A stretch of 58,574 nt of DNA from contig CACAMX010000002.1 of assembly GCA_902533655.1 (NCBI GenBank), positions 1 to 58,574 on the forward strand, written 5' to 3'. The DNA is from an uncultured Bacteroidota bacterium. Its GTDB lineage: Bacteria; Bacteroidota; Bacteroidia; Flavobacteriales; BACL11. The notes beneath the pieces are model-generated. The model saw only the letters and a program-made list of their open reading frames with translations. It ran no database searches and was not told where the DNA came from. The position numbers and the translations under genes were made by a program. Of this stretch, positions 9,253-20,032 are shown one piece after another. Position 1 is the first letter of the stretch, and every line of letters starts with the position of its first letter.

Positions 9253-11844
9253 ATGATGACTCGAACAGCAACGAACACCACAATTCAACTACTCCTTTTC
9301 CTTTTTTTGCTTTCAGCGTGTTCAACTAAGAAAAACAGGTGGTTTAACAGACAATATCACAACACTACTGCAAAATATAATGGATACTTTAACGGAAAAG
9401 AAAGTATAAAAAAGGGGTTAAACAAAATAAATGAGTCCTCAGAAGATGATTACAATCAAATTATTAATGTCTTTAAAGAGCAAGACCTGTCTAAATCTAA
9501 ATCAACACACTCGTACATGGATAAGGCAATAAGAAAAGGATCCGTTGTTATACAAAGGCACTCAATGAAAATAAAAGGAAAAGAACACTGTAAATGGATT
9601 GACGACAACTATCTAATGATCGGTAAGGCGTATTTCTATAAGGGAGAGTTCGAGGAGGCTTTGAAAACGTTCTTGTTTATTATTGATGAGTTTAAAAAAA
9701 CAGAAGTAGCTTATGAAGCAAAAATTTTTGCGCTAAGAACATACTCAGAAAAAAACGATTTCTTATCATCTGAAGAAATAATATCTGAGCTAAACAAAAA
9801 AAGAACAATTAGTAAAAAATTAAAGCTGTTTAAACACAGCTCGATAGCAGACTGCTATCTTAAACAACAAAACTATTCACTTGCAATTGATGAATTAAAC
9901 GAGTGTGTAAAACTTTCGAAAAAAAGACAAGCCGCTAGATATAAGTTTATACTTGCACAAGTTTATCAAAATATTGGAAACCAAAAGAAAGCGTATGTGC
10001 TTTTCAACGAGGTTGCCAAAGAAAGCTCAGACTATGAAATGATTTTTAACTCTAAAATGAATTTAGCAAAATCAGCAATTCATACAGGAGTAAACGTAAA
10101 TAAATCAAAAGAGGACTTAAAAAAAATGTTGAAAGATGATAAAAATAAAGAATACCGGGACCAAATTTACTACACTATTTCTGAAATTGAAATTGCTCAA
10201 ATGGACACAATGGCGTCTATAAACAGCTTAATTAACTCAACAAAGTATAGCCTTGAAAACACTACACAAAAATCAAAATCTTTTTATAAACTAGCCAAAA
10301 TATATTACTTTAAGCAAGAATATAGAAATGCTGACTTATATTATGACAGCACAATTTTTTATTTAGAAAAATCTGAAAGCGAATACCCTATAATTTATGA
10401 AACCTCTCAAAATCTGAACAAGCTAATTGCTAAATTAGATGTGGTTTCTCTAAATGATAGTTTAATACACCTGTCAAAACTTTCAAAAACCGATCAAATT
10501 GATGTTATAAATAAAATTATAAAGAATATTGTTGAAAATGAAAAAAAAGCTATTGAGAAAAGAACTCTTAATGAGCAAAATATATACAACAACAACATAT
10601 ATGGAAGAAACGAACAGTTTGGCAATAAAACCTCAGGGGGAAAGTGGTATTTCTATAATCCAGCAACACTAAGTTTTGGGCTTTCGGAGTTTAGAAAAAA
10701 GTGGGGAAAAAGAAAGCTTGAAGACAATTGGAGAAGAAACGACAAAAGTAATTTAAACGAGGTGGCTGAAGACACAACATTGGCAAATACTCAAGTTAAT
10801 AAGATTAATGGGGGTGAAAACAAAAAAGACCCAAAGTACTATCTTTCAAAGATTCCAAAAACTGAAACAGAGTTAGCAGTCTCACATAAAAAAATAAAAG
10901 AAGCGTTATTTCAGATTGCAATTATATACAGAGACTTGTTAAACGACTACAGTAAAAGTAACACTACACTTAAGGACATTATTAGAAGGTATGACTCTGA
11001 CACAACATACCTTCCATTGTCTTATTATAACTTATATATTAATTATTCAAACCAAAAAAAACCCAACCTTGCATTTGAAGCTAAACAAGTTTTAACATTA
11101 AAATACCCAAAAACAAGGTACGCAAAAATCATTACAGACTCTTTATATGTTTTTGGAAGCGAAAAACAGAGAATTAAAGATGAAAAACACTATACTTTTA
11201 TCAAAGAGTTATATACAAATAAAAAGTATCAAAAGGTCATTAGACTAACATCAAAACCTAAAACCCAAACATTAATGGATAAGGAGATGTTTTTAAGGTC
11301 ACTTTCAATGTATAAGCTTGGTGATACGGTTTCAGCCATCTCAGAAATTAATAAAATTTTAAGCAGCAAAAATTTAGATCAAAAAAACAGAAAAAAATAC
11401 AAAGAGGTTTTAAAAAATATTGAAAACCCAGAAAAGATTAACGAGTCAAATTTAATTTCGACCACTAAAAAATCATATAAAGTAAACTTACTTAACGACC
11501 ACCTGCTAATTTTTGTGTTACCAAAAGAAAATAGCGATATGAGCTATCTAATGAGTGTCTTTTCAGATTTTAACAAGAAGGTGTTTTCTACCCAAACCAT
11601 TGAAATTAGTTCTTTGATGATGGGTATGGATCAACACATATTAATCATAAAAACAAATGAAGACTTTCAAGGCTCACTAAACTATGAGCAAAAAGTTTTA
11701 GCAGATGAGGGTGTTATGAAAGAAATGTTAAGGTTTAGCTTTGAAAAACTATTAATTTCAAACGATAACTTTTCAGACTTTTATAAAGACAGAGACCTAA
11801 ATGGTTATAGAGAATTTTACAACAAAAACTACCCAACTATTTAA
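9253..11844 (+). CDS. sprE: T9SS/gliding TPR lipoprotein SprE (PorW)
   Basis: Lipobox LSAC followed by STKKN..YHNTTAKYNGYFNG, TPR repeats, WYFYNP..G..EF..KWG.RKLEDNWR; position upstream of bactofilin/atp. Confidence 0.88.
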   Translation: MMTRTATNTTIQLLLFLFLLSACSTKKNRWFNRQYHNTTAKYNGYFNGKESIKKGLNKINESSEDDYNQIINVFKEQDLSKSKSTHSYMDKAIRKGSVVIQRHSMKIKGKEHCKWIDDNYLMIGKAYFYKGEFEEALKTFLFIIDEFKKTEVAYEAKIFALRTYSEKNDFLSSEEIISELNKKRTISKKLKLFKHSSIADCYLKQQNYSLAIDELNECVKLSKKRQAARYKFILAQVYQNIGNQKKAYVLFNEVAKESSDYEMIFNSKMNLAKSAIHTGVNVNKSKEDLKKMLKDDKNKEYRDQIYYTISEIEIAQMDTMASINSLINSTKYSLENTTQKSKSFYKLAKIYYFKQEYRNADLYYDSTIFYLEKSESEYPIIYETSQNLNKLIAKLDVVSLNDSLIHLSKLSKTDQIDVINKIIKNIVENEKKAIEKRTLNEQNIYNNNIYGRNEQFGNKTSGGKWYFYNPATLSFGLSEFRKKWGKRKLEDNWRRNDKSNLNEVAEDTTLANTQVNKINGGENKKDPKYYLSKIPKTETELAVSHKKIKEALFQIAIIYRDLLNDYSKSNTTLKDIIRRYDSDTTYLPLSYYNLYINYSNQKKPNLAFEAKQVLTLKYPKTRYAKIITDSLYVFGSEKQRIKDEKHYTFIKELYTNKKYQKVIRLTSKPKTQTLMDKEMFLRSLSMYKLGDTVSAISEINKILSSKNLDQKNRKKYKEVLKNIENPEKINESNLISTTKKSYKVNLLNDHLLIFVLPKENSDMSYLMSVFSDFNKKVFSTQTIEISSLMMGMDQHILIIKTNEDFQGSLNYEQKVLADEGVMKEMLRFSFEKLLISNDNFSDFYKDRDLNGYREFYNKNYPTI

Positions 11845-11858
11845 TTAAACAAATTTAT

Positions 11859-11866
11859 TAGATTTG
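11859..11866 (+). promoter_or_regulatory. -7 element (TAGATTTG) for bactofilin-atpZ
   Basis: TAnnTTTG match 15 nt before ATG 11882; overlaps the TTG used by the ORF track. Confidence 0.55.
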
Positions 11867-11881
11867 CCAAAAACAAAAAAG

Positions 11882-12295
11882 ATGTTTGTAAACAAAAACG
11901 AATCAATGCTAAAAAACGACTTAACACCAGCTATAAATATGATTGGGTCTGGTACAATTATCACAGGTGATATTCAGTCTAAGGGAGACATCCGTGTGGA
12001 CGGGACATTAAAGGGCTCTATAAACACAGAAGGGAAGGTTGTGTTAGGGGCCAATGGAACTATAGAGGGCGATGTTATATGTCAAGACGCTGATATTTCT
12101 GGAACGATAAACGCTAAAATTACTGTGTCAAAACTACTTTCATTAAAAGCAACGGCAAGGCTTAACGGAGATATAGTAACAAACAAGCTCTCTATTGAGC
12201 CTGGGGCAGCATTTACAGGCTCGTGTAGCATGGGTGCCGTTATCAAAGACATTAAAAACGTTGAAAAACCTGAAAAAAAGGAAAGGTCAGCCTAA
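11882..12295 (+). CDS. Bactofilin (polymer-forming cytoskeletal protein)
   Basis: IGSGTIITGDI..GDIRVDG..GKVVLG..IEPGAAFTGSCSM; start moved to ATG 11882. Confidence 0.92.
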   Translation: MFVNKNESMLKNDLTPAINMIGSGTIITGDIQSKGDIRVDGTLKGSINTEGKVVLGANGTIEGDVICQDADISGTINAKITVSKLLSLKATARLNGDIVTNKLSIEPGAAFTGSCSMGAVIKDIKNVEKPEKKERSA

Positions 12296-12479
12296 GAAAT
12301 ATTTAATGTTTTCCTCGATTGCGCTGCAAATGGGGGTAATAATTTTTATAGGAACATGGCTTGGTCAAAAAACAGATGGTGTTTTTGGGAGCAATCAGTT
12401 TTTCACTATATCTTTTTCCTTAATATCTGTTTTTATTTCACTTTATTACATGTATGTAAAAACAAAAAATGAACCTTAA
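12261..12479 (+). CDS. AtpZ/AtpI family small membrane protein
   Basis: FSSIALQMGVIIFIGTWLGQKTD two-TM pattern upstream of the atp genes; TTG start at 12261 is inferred. Confidence 0.8.
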   Translation: MKNLKKRKGQPKKYLMFSSIALQMGVIIFIGTWLGQKTDGVFGSNQFFTISFSLISVFISLYYMYVKTKNEP

Positions 12480-12813
12480 CCTAAGACTAGCCTTTCTAGT
12501 TGTCAATATTGGCGCTTTACGTATTTTCCAAATAAAAGAACTGCTATACTTTGCCGTAAGTTCTCATTTGTTTCTTTTTGCCCTTGATGTTTTTAGCCAT
12601 ATGCTTGAAAAGCGACTAAAGAAGGCTAGTAATCCTTTATTGGCATTATCAATAAGTTTTTTTAGAACTTTCATTTGCCTAGTCTTTTTGCTGCCTCAAA
12701 TTACATCTTCAAACTCAAATAGAAAACTATACATTATCAACTTTTTTCTTGCTTATTTTATGTTGTTAATAATTAATTTAATAAATAGAAAAAAACAATT
12801 AAATAAAAGCTAA
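12469..12813 (+). CDS. Small 4-TM membrane protein in the AtpI position
   Basis: Hydrophobic 114 aa, C-terminal NFFLAYF motif, lies directly before atpB. Confidence 0.65.
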   Translation: MNLNLRLAFLVVNIGALRIFQIKELLYFAVSSHLFLFALDVFSHMLEKRLKKASNPLLALSISFFRTFICLVFLLPQITSSNSNRKLYIINFFLAYFMLLIINLINRKKQLNKS

Positions 12814-12843
12814 AATTGAGATGCTTTAATCTAAATAAAAAGT

Positions 12844-12851
12844 TAATTTTG
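12844..12851 (+). promoter_or_regulatory. -7 element (TAATTTTG) for atpBEFHAG
   Basis: TAnnTTTG match 20 nt before the atpB ATG. Confidence 0.55.
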
Positions 12852-12871
12852 TCATGTTTTAATATAATTAA

Positions 12872-13900
12872 ATGACTCACAATAAAAACAAATTAGCAGC
12901 ACTGATTTTTCTGTTTTTATGCCCACTAGTCTCTTTTTCAGGAGACCCAAAACCACTAAAAGAAGGTGAGATTTACAACCCTGTTCCTGCAATTATGCAC
13001 CATATTGCTGATTCTCACGAGTGGCATCTTTGGGGTGAGGGTAAAAATTCTGTTTCAATACCCCTTCCTTTAATATTGTTTTGTGATGGGAAACTAGATG
13101 TTTTCTTTTCTTCAAAGTTTCATCATGGGAAAAAAAACGTAAAAATCGAAGATCGTGAATATGCGTTGGATCACGGTCATTTAATTGAGGTTAATAATAA
13201 AGAGTTTGTAGACCTTTCTATTACAAAGAATGTTGCATCTATGTTGTTGTCTGTGCTGGTGCTTCTTCTTTTGTTTGTAGGCGCTGCAAGAAAAAGCAAT
13301 AAAGATAAAGCTCCTAAAGGCCTGCTCTCCTTTTTAGAACCGCTTATTCTTTTTGTAAGAGACGATATTGTCAAGCCAAACATAGGTCATGGCTATAAAA
13401 AGTACGTGCCGTATTTACTAACGCTATTCTTTTTTATACTAGTTAATAACCTTTTAGGTCTTATTCCTGCCGCAGCAAATTTAACTGGTAACATTGCCGT
13501 TACTCTAGTTTTGTCTTTCATAACTTTAATAGTAACCAATCTTTCAGGAAACAAAACATATTGGGAGCATATTTTTAACCCTCCCGGTGTCCCATTGGCT
13601 TTGATGCCAATCATGATACCTATTGAGATAGTTGGAATATTTACAAAACCATTTGCCTTAATGATAAGGCTGTTTGCAAATATTTCTGCAGGACACATCA
13701 TTATTATGAGTCTTATTTCTTTGATTTTTATGGCTCAGAGTGGTTTAGGAAATGCAGGCGCTTTTGGTGTTGCGCCGGTATCAGTTCTATTCGTACTTTT
13801 TATGTATTTTATAGAAGTGCTTGTTGCCTTTTTACAGGCATATATTTTTACTTTGTTAACATCTTTGTTTATAGGGTTAGCGACAGTAGAACACCATTAA
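12872..13900 (+). CDS. atpB: F0F1 ATP synthase subunit a (Bacteroidota long form)
   Basis: IMHHIADSHEWH, DLSITKNV, KPFALMIRLFANISAGH, QAYIFTLL. Confidence 0.97.
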   Translation: MTHNKNKLAALIFLFLCPLVSFSGDPKPLKEGEIYNPVPAIMHHIADSHEWHLWGEGKNSVSIPLPLILFCDGKLDVFFSSKFHHGKKNVKIEDREYALDHGHLIEVNNKEFVDLSITKNVASMLLSVLVLLLLFVGAARKSNKDKAPKGLLSFLEPLILFVRDDIVKPNIGHGYKKYVPYLLTLFFFILVNNLLGLIPAAANLTGNIAVTLVLSFITLIVTNLSGNKTYWEHIFNPPGVPLALMPIMIPIEIVGIFTKPFALMIRLFANISAGHIIIMSLISLIFMAQSGLGNAGAFGVAPVSVLFVLFMYFIEVLVAFLQAYIFTLLTSLFIGLATVEHH

Positions 13901-14140
<240 letters not shown>

Positions 14141-14155
14141 AAATTATTAATTAAC

Positions 14156-14188
14156 TAACTAGCCATAACGGTTGGTTGTGGCTAGTTA
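14156..14188 (+). promoter_or_regulatory. Intergenic RNA stem-loop between atpE and atpF
   Basis: TAACTAGCCATAAC-GGTTG-GTTGTGGCTAGTTA: 14-bp stem with one U-G pair, 5-nt loop, no U tract. Confidence 0.75.
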
Positions 14189-14204
14189 CATAAAAACAAA
14201 TTAT

Positions 14205-14708
14205 ATGGACCCAATGGCTTTAGTAACACCAGCGATAGGTCTTGTCTTCTGGACAAGCGTGGTGTTTATATTATTAATATTTATTTTGAAAAAATTTGCA
14301 TGGAAGCCTATTCTAGACTCTGTAGACAAAAGAAATAAAAATATCGAAGACGCATTACAATCTGCAGAAAAAGCAAAAAAAGAGATGGAAAACCTCACTG
14401 CAGACAATGAAAAAATATTGGCAGAGGCGAAAGCCCAAAGAGATTTGATTTTAAAAGAGGCTCGTGAAATGAAAGAAAGCTTAATAAAGGACGCAAAAGA
14501 AAAAGCAACCTCAGAAGCAGAAAAAATAATGGACGATACAAGGGAACAGATTCATAATCAAAAAATGAAAGCGATAACAGAGCTTAAAAACCAAGTGGCT
14601 GACTTGTCTATTGAAATTGCTGAAAAAATCATAAAAAGCGAACTTAAAGACAAACAAGCTCAGAAAAAACTTGTTGTTGATGCAATGCAAGACAAACATT
14701 TAAATTGA
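14205..14708 (+). CDS. atpF: ATP synthase subunit b
   Basis: TPAIGLVFW..KFAWKPIL followed by coiled coil; start moved to ATG 14205, downstream of the hairpin. Confidence 0.95.
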   Translation: MDPMALVTPAIGLVFWTSVVFILLIFILKKFAWKPILDSVDKRNKNIEDALQSAEKAKKEMENLTADNEKILAEAKAQRDLILKEAREMKESLIKDAKEKATSEAEKIMDDTREQIHNQKMKAITELKNQVADLSIEIAEKIIKSELKDKQAQKKLVVDAMQDKHLN

Positions 14709-15289
14709 TGAAAGATTTAAAAGTGTCAAATAGATATGCAAAAGCTCTTCTAGAGCTAGCTGCAGAAACCAACAATTTGGAATACTGTTGCTCAGACATG
14801 AAAACAGTTTTGTCAGCTTGTCAAGATTCTAAAGAGTTTTATTTGTTTTTAAAAAGCCCTATAATTAAGACCGACAAAAAAATAATTATAATTGAGGAAA
14901 TATTCTCCAACAAATTATCTAAGCTTACCAATGGTTTTATAAAAATTATTACAAGAAAAAAGAGAGAGGCAATACTAGACTCAGTAGCAAAAAGTTTTAT
15001 TTCTCTATACAAAGAGAAGAAAAGCATAATATCTGCAAAATTAGTTACAGCTACAGAGATCGATAACGAAACAAGAGAAGAGGTGTTAGATTTTATTAAG
15101 AAAAAGGGGCATAAAAATGTAGATCTGCAGGAAAAAATTGATAAGAGTATAATTGGGGGAGCAATAATTAATATCGGAAACAAGCAAATAGATGCTAGTG
15201 TTTCCAACAAGATTAATGAAATGAAGCAAAATTTTAGTGTAAACTTATATGAACAAAACTATTTAAATAAACAAATATGGGAGAAGTAA
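14708..15289 (+). CDS. atpH: ATP synthase subunit delta
   Basis: [32 protein letters not shown] overlap with atpF. Confidence 0.95.
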   Translation: MKDLKVSNRYAKALLELAAETNNLEYCCSDMKTVLSACQDSKEFYLFLKSPIIKTDKKIIIIEEIFSNKLSKLTNGFIKIITRKKREAILDSVAKSFISLYKEKKSIISAKLVTATEIDNETREEVLDFIKKKGHKNVDLQEKIDKSIIGGAIINIGNKQIDASVSNKINEMKQNFSVNLYEQNYLNKQIWEK

Positions 15290-16863
15290 AGCCGGCTGAG
15301 GTATCAGCTATTTTAAGAAAACAACTATCAGGATTTAATACTGAATCAAAGCTTGAGGAAATTGGAACTGTATTGCAAGTAGGAGACGGTATAGCTAGAA
15401 TATATGGGTTAAATAATGCACAGTCTGGAGAACTGGTTCAGTTTCAAAACGGCCTACAGGCAATTGTCCTTAACTTGGAAGAGGATAATGTTGGTGCTGT
15501 ACTTCTTGGGCCTTCTAAAGGAATCAAGGAGGGGGATACTGTTAAAAGAACAGGTAAAATCGCATCAATTAATGTTGGTGAAGGGATGCTCGGAAGGGTT
15601 GTAAACACTTTAGGAATGCCTATAGATGGTAAGGGCCCAATTGAAGGAGAAACTTTTCAAATGCCTATTGAAAGAAAAGCCCCAGGAGTTATTTATAGAC
15701 AACCGGTAAATGAACCTTTACAAACAGGAATTAAAGCTGTTGATGCTATGATTCCGATTGGAAGAGGACAGAGAGAATTAGTTATTGGAGATAGACAAAC
15801 GGGAAAAACAGCTGTTGTAATTGATACAATCATTAACCAGAAGGAATTTTACGACAAAGGTGAGCCCGTATTTTGCATCTATGTTGCTGTTGGACAAAAA
15901 GCCTCAACAGTTGCAGCAATTGCAAAGACATTACTAGAAGCGGGCGCGCTTGAATATACTGTAATTGTTTCAGCTAACGCAAGTGACCCTGCACCTCTTC
16001 AATTTTATGCTCCTCTTTCAGGTGCTGCAATCGGAGAGTATTTTAGAGATACAGGAAGACCCGCCTTAATAGTTTATGATGACTTGTCAAAACAAGCTGT
16101 TGCATACAGAGAGGTTTCACTACTTCTAAGAAGGCCTCCGGGCAGAGAGGCTTATCCAGGAGATGTGTTCTATTTACACTCTAGACTTTTAGAAAGAGCA
16201 GCAAAAGTCATAAATGACGATAAAATAGCTTCTCAAATGAATGATCTTCCAGAGTCCTTAAAATCAAAAGTAAAGGGTGGGGGTTCATTAACAGCGTTAC
16301 CGATTATTGAAACACAGGCGGGAGATGTGTCCGCATATATACCGACTAATGTAATTTCAATTACCGATGGTCAAATCTTTCTTGAGTCTAACTTATTTCT
16401 CTCAGGAGTAAGGCCGGCAATTAATGTAGGAATATCAGTTTCTAGGGTAGGTGGATCTGCTCAAATTAAATCAATGAAAAAAATAGCAGGAACACTTAAG
16501 TTAGATCAGGCGCAGTACAGAGAATTAGAGGCTTTTGCAAAATTTGGATCAGACCTGGATGCAGCAACAACAGCTGTAATTGAAAAGGGAAAAAGAAATG
16601 TTGAAATTTTAAAGCAAGGCCAATATTCCCCCTTAAGAGTAGAGGAGCAAGCAGCTATAATATATTGTGGAACAAATGGTCTGTTAATGGATGTTCCTGT
16701 TTCTAAAATAAAAGAATTTGAGAAGGAGTACATTTCTTTTTTACATACTAAACATCAAGATGTGTTAGATCAGTTAGCATCAGGTAAATTAGATGATAAA
16801 ATAACATCATGTCTAGAAAAAGCAGTAAATGAATTAGCTCCAAAGTATAAGGAAAATGCCTAA
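15277..16863 (+). CDS. atpA: ATP synthase subunit alpha
   Basis: [39 protein letters not shown]. Confidence 0.99.
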   Translation: MGEVKPAEVSAILRKQLSGFNTESKLEEIGTVLQVGDGIARIYGLNNAQSGELVQFQNGLQAIVLNLEEDNVGAVLLGPSKGIKEGDTVKRTGKIASINVGEGMLGRVVNTLGMPIDGKGPIEGETFQMPIERKAPGVIYRQPVNEPLQTGIKAVDAMIPIGRGQRELVIGDRQTGKTAVVIDTIINQKEFYDKGEPVFCIYVAVGQKASTVAAIAKTLLEAGALEYTVIVSANASDPAPLQFYAPLSGAAIGEYFRDTGRPALIVYDDLSKQAVAYREVSLLLRRPPGREAYPGDVFYLHSRLLERAAKVINDDKIASQMNDLPESLKSKVKGGGSLTALPIIETQAGDVSAYIPTNVISITDGQIFLESNLFLSGVRPAINVGISVSRVGGSAQIKSMKKIAGTLKLDQAQYRELEAFAKFGSDLDAATTAVIEKGKRNVEILKQGQYSPLRVEEQAAIIYCGTNGLLMDVPVSKIKEFEKEYISFLHTKHQDVLDQLASGKLDDKITSCLEKAVNELAPKYKENA

Positions 16864-17722
16864 TTTAAAAGAAATAAAGTCTAGAATAACATCTGTAAAG
16901 TCTACGATACAGATAACCTCAGCAATGAAAATGGTTTCTGCCGCTAAGTTGAAAAAAGCACAAGATGCTATAATACAATTAAGACCATATTCAAATAAGC
17001 TAACTGACATCATTTCATCAGTATCATCAGCTTCAGAAGACAGTTCTCAAAACAAATATTCAGAAGTAAGAGACGTTAGTAAAACTTTACTTGTTCCAAT
17101 TACATCTAACAGGGGTTTGTGTGGTGGTTTTAATGCAAATATTATAAAAAAATCAATTGAGATAGAAAAAGAGTTAAACTCTAAGTCAGAGTTAATAATA
17201 TTGTCTATTGGAAAAAAGTCTTCAGAGTTTTTTCAAAAAAACAAGTACAATGTTCATTCAACTCACGATGATGTTTTTCAAGATGTTAACTATCAAGATG
17301 TATCAAAAATCGCAGAACTGATATTAAATGATTTTGCAAATGAAAAATTTGATAAAGTTATTTTAGTTTACAATCAATTTAAAAATGCCGCAACTCAAAT
17401 TGTTATGCAAGAGGATTTTTTACCACTTAATAAAACTCAATCTGAAAATGGCCAAGAAGCTGTAGACTATATTTACGAGCCTGGTAAGGAAGAAATTTTA
17501 AACGAATTAATACCGAAATCATTAAAAACACAACTCTTTAAAGCAATATTAGACTCTAACGCATCAGAGCACGGGGCTAGAATGACTGCAATGCATAAGG
17601 CTACAGACAATGCCACTGAACTAAAGAATGAATTAACACTTTCATATAATAAAGCAAGACAAGCTGCAATCACCGGAGAAATACTTGAAATTGTTGGTGG
17701 AGCAGAAGCTCTTAACGGCTAA
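16856..17722 (+). CDS. atpG: ATP synthase subunit gamma
   Basis: [51 protein letters not shown]. Confidence 0.98.
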   Translation: MPNLKEIKSRITSVKSTIQITSAMKMVSAAKLKKAQDAIIQLRPYSNKLTDIISSVSSASEDSSQNKYSEVRDVSKTLLVPITSNRGLCGGFNANIIKKSIEIEKELNSKSELIILSIGKKSSEFFQKNKYNVHSTHDDVFQDVNYQDVSKIAELILNDFANEKFDKVILVYNQFKNAATQIVMQEDFLPLNKTQSENGQEAVDYIYEPGKEEILNELIPKSLKTQLFKAILDSNASEHGARMTAMHKATDNATELKNELTLSYNKARQAAITGEILEIVGGAEALNG

Positions 17723-17768
17723 GCTCAGTTAATACCTTTTTATATATTTACAATTAAAATTGTGTGAA

Positions 17769-18536
17769 ATGAACAATCTATTAATTTCCAACAAAGAACA
17801 TATTACAAATATTACCATTAATAGGCCTAAACAACTAAATGCCCTAAACATTTCTACAATCAAAGAGCTTGGAAAAGCCTTCAACAACCTGCAAAATGAT
17901 AAAAACACAAGAGTTATAGTTTTAACAGGGGCTGGAGAAAAATCTTTTGTAGCTGGAGCAGACATAAAAGAGTTTAGCAATTACAATAACAAACAAGGCA
18001 CAGATCTATCACGAAACGGTCATTTAAACCTATTCAACTTAATTGAAGATTTTCCAAAACCAGTAATTGCAGCTATAAATGGATATGCATTAGGCGGGGG
18101 TCTTGAGCTAGCATTATCTGCGCATATTAGAGTTGCATCGAAAAATGCTAAACTTGGACTTCCAGAAGTTTCGCTGGGCGTAATTCCCGGCTACGGAGGA
18201 ACGCAGAGATTAACAAATTTAGTTGGAAAAGGAAGAGCAATGGAATATATATTAACAGCCAAAATGATTGGGGTTGAAGACGCAAAGCATAGTGGTTTAA
18301 TAAACGAATATTGTGAGCTAGAGGAACTCTTGCCCACTTGTGAAAACATAGCTAGAAAAATTATTAAAAACTCTCCAAGAGCAACTTCCAAGGCAATAAA
18401 ATGCATAAATGCGAGTTTAAAGAATGAAAGTGGGTTTGAAACAGAAATTGAGGAGTTTGGTAAATGTTTTCAAACAGACGACTTTATAGAAGGGACGACC
18501 GCTTTTCTTGAAAAAAGAAAACCAAAATATAATTGA
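17769..18536 (+). CDS. Enoyl-CoA hydratase/crotonase
   Basis: NRPKQLNAL, FVAGADI, GYALGGGLEL, GLPEVSLGVIPGYGGTQRL; start set at ATG 17769. Confidence 0.93.
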   Translation: MNNLLISNKEHITNITINRPKQLNALNISTIKELGKAFNNLQNDKNTRVIVLTGAGEKSFVAGADIKEFSNYNNKQGTDLSRNGHLNLFNLIEDFPKPVIAAINGYALGGGLELALSAHIRVASKNAKLGLPEVSLGVIPGYGGTQRLTNLVGKGRAMEYILTAKMIGVEDAKHSGLINEYCELEELLPTCENIARKIIKNSPRATSKAIKCINASLKNESGFETEIEEFGKCFQTDDFIEGTTAFLEKRKPKYN

Positions 18537-20032
18537 TTCAATTAAAAAAATTAGTCGGTCAAACAGCCATATATGGAGTTAGTAGTGTTATAGGTAGACT
18601 ATTAAATTATTTACTTACACCTATTCTAACAAGACCTGAAATAGGAGGGTTCAATCCTGGAGAGTATGGTGTTATTACAGAAATGTATGCTTACCTTGCA
18701 TTCCTAATTGTTTTTTTAACATACGGCTTGGAAACCGCATTCTTTAGGTTTAAACAAAAAAATGAAGATAAAAAACATGTTTACAGCACAGCTTTAATCT
18801 CTTTACTACTGTCTTCAACACTATTTGTTTTTTTCGCATTCCTTTTTTCATTTGAAATTTCAAGCTTTTTAGGCTATCCAAATAATCAAGAGTACGTTAA
18901 ATGGTTTTCAATTATTGTGGGAATTGATGCGGTATGTTCTATTGTTTTTGCTAAGTTAAGATATGAGAACAAGGCTTTAAAATTTTCACTAGTTAGAGTC
19001 ATGTCTATAGCCATAAATATTCTTGCAGTATTATTTTTTCTTATTGTCTGTCCACTATTACAAAGCGAAGACACACTATATTATCTTTCAAAAAGTTTTT
19101 ACGACCCACAAGTTGGGGTTGGCTATGTCTTTATAGCAAACTTAATTGCCTCCTCAGCAACCTTATTAGTTTTACTTTCAGAAATGAAAGGTATAAAGTG
19201 GGGCCTTAATTACACTTTATGGAAAAAAATGATCAGATATTCATTACCACTTATGGTAGCGGGCCTAGCAGGAATGATAAATGAAACTGTTGACAGGGTT
19301 TTTTTAAAAAAACTATTACCATCAATAAAAGACACATCAGCAAACCCGAGCGGAGATATAATGTATGAAATAGGAATTTACGGTGCTTTCTATAAAATAT
19401 CAATATTTATGATGCTTTTTATACAAACATTCAGATATGCGGCTGAGCCATTTTATTTTAAGTATAGGAAGGAAAAAGATTCAAAAAAATTATATGCTGA
19501 TGTAATGAAATATTTTGTTATTGCCTCTTCAACTATTTTTTTAATAGTAATGATAAATTTCGATTTGTTCAAGCACTTTATTGGAACACAATTTCATGAT
19601 ATAAGAGGATTTAAGATTGTTGCTGTTCTCATGCTCGCTAATTATTTCTTTGGACTTTATTATAATTTATCTGTTTGGTATAAATTAACAGACAAAACAC
19701 GCTATGGGGCATATATATCAATTTTTGGAGCAGCTATTACTATATCTCTAAATTTCATGCTTGTGCCAGTTATTGGTATTTTTGGATCTGCCACAACTAC
19801 TTTAGTTTGTTATTTAACAATGACTATCGTTTCGTTTTATTTTTCAAGGTCTCATTACAAAATCCCATATGACTTAAGGTCAATCTCAACATACTTTATT
19901 TTAATGATTTTTATTTTTATGATTAGTCAATTTTATAACTTAGGGGAAATAATTAATTCTATCTATATCCTAATCTTTATTTTTGTAGCTTATGTGTTAG
20001 AGCTTAAAACAAAAAAAACAACAACAAAATGA
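18533..20032 (+). CDS. Oligosaccharide/lipid flippase (Wzx/MurJ-like MOP family)
   Basis: LVGQTAIYG, TYGLETAFFRF, FRYAAEPF, NLSVWYKL; about 14 TM. Confidence 0.88.
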   Translation: MIQLKKLVGQTAIYGVSSVIGRLLNYLLTPILTRPEIGGFNPGEYGVITEMYAYLAFLIVFLTYGLETAFFRFKQKNEDKKHVYSTALISLLLSSTLFVFFAFLFSFEISSFLGYPNNQEYVKWFSIIVGIDAVCSIVFAKLRYENKALKFSLVRVMSIAINILAVLFFLIVCPLLQSEDTLYYLSKSFYDPQVGVGYVFIANLIASSATLLVLLSEMKGIKWGLNYTLWKKMIRYSLPLMVAGLAGMINETVDRVFLKKLLPSIKDTSANPSGDIMYEIGIYGAFYKISIFMMLFIQTFRYAAEPFYFKYRKEKDSKKLYADVMKYFVIASSTIFLIVMINFDLFKHFIGTQFHDIRGFKIVAVLMLANYFFGLYYNLSVWYKLTDKTRYGAYISIFGAAITISLNFMLVPVIGIFGSATTTLVCYLTMTIVSFYFSRSHYKIPYDLRSISTYFILMIFIFMISQFYNLGEIINSIYILIFIFVAYVLELKTKKTTTK

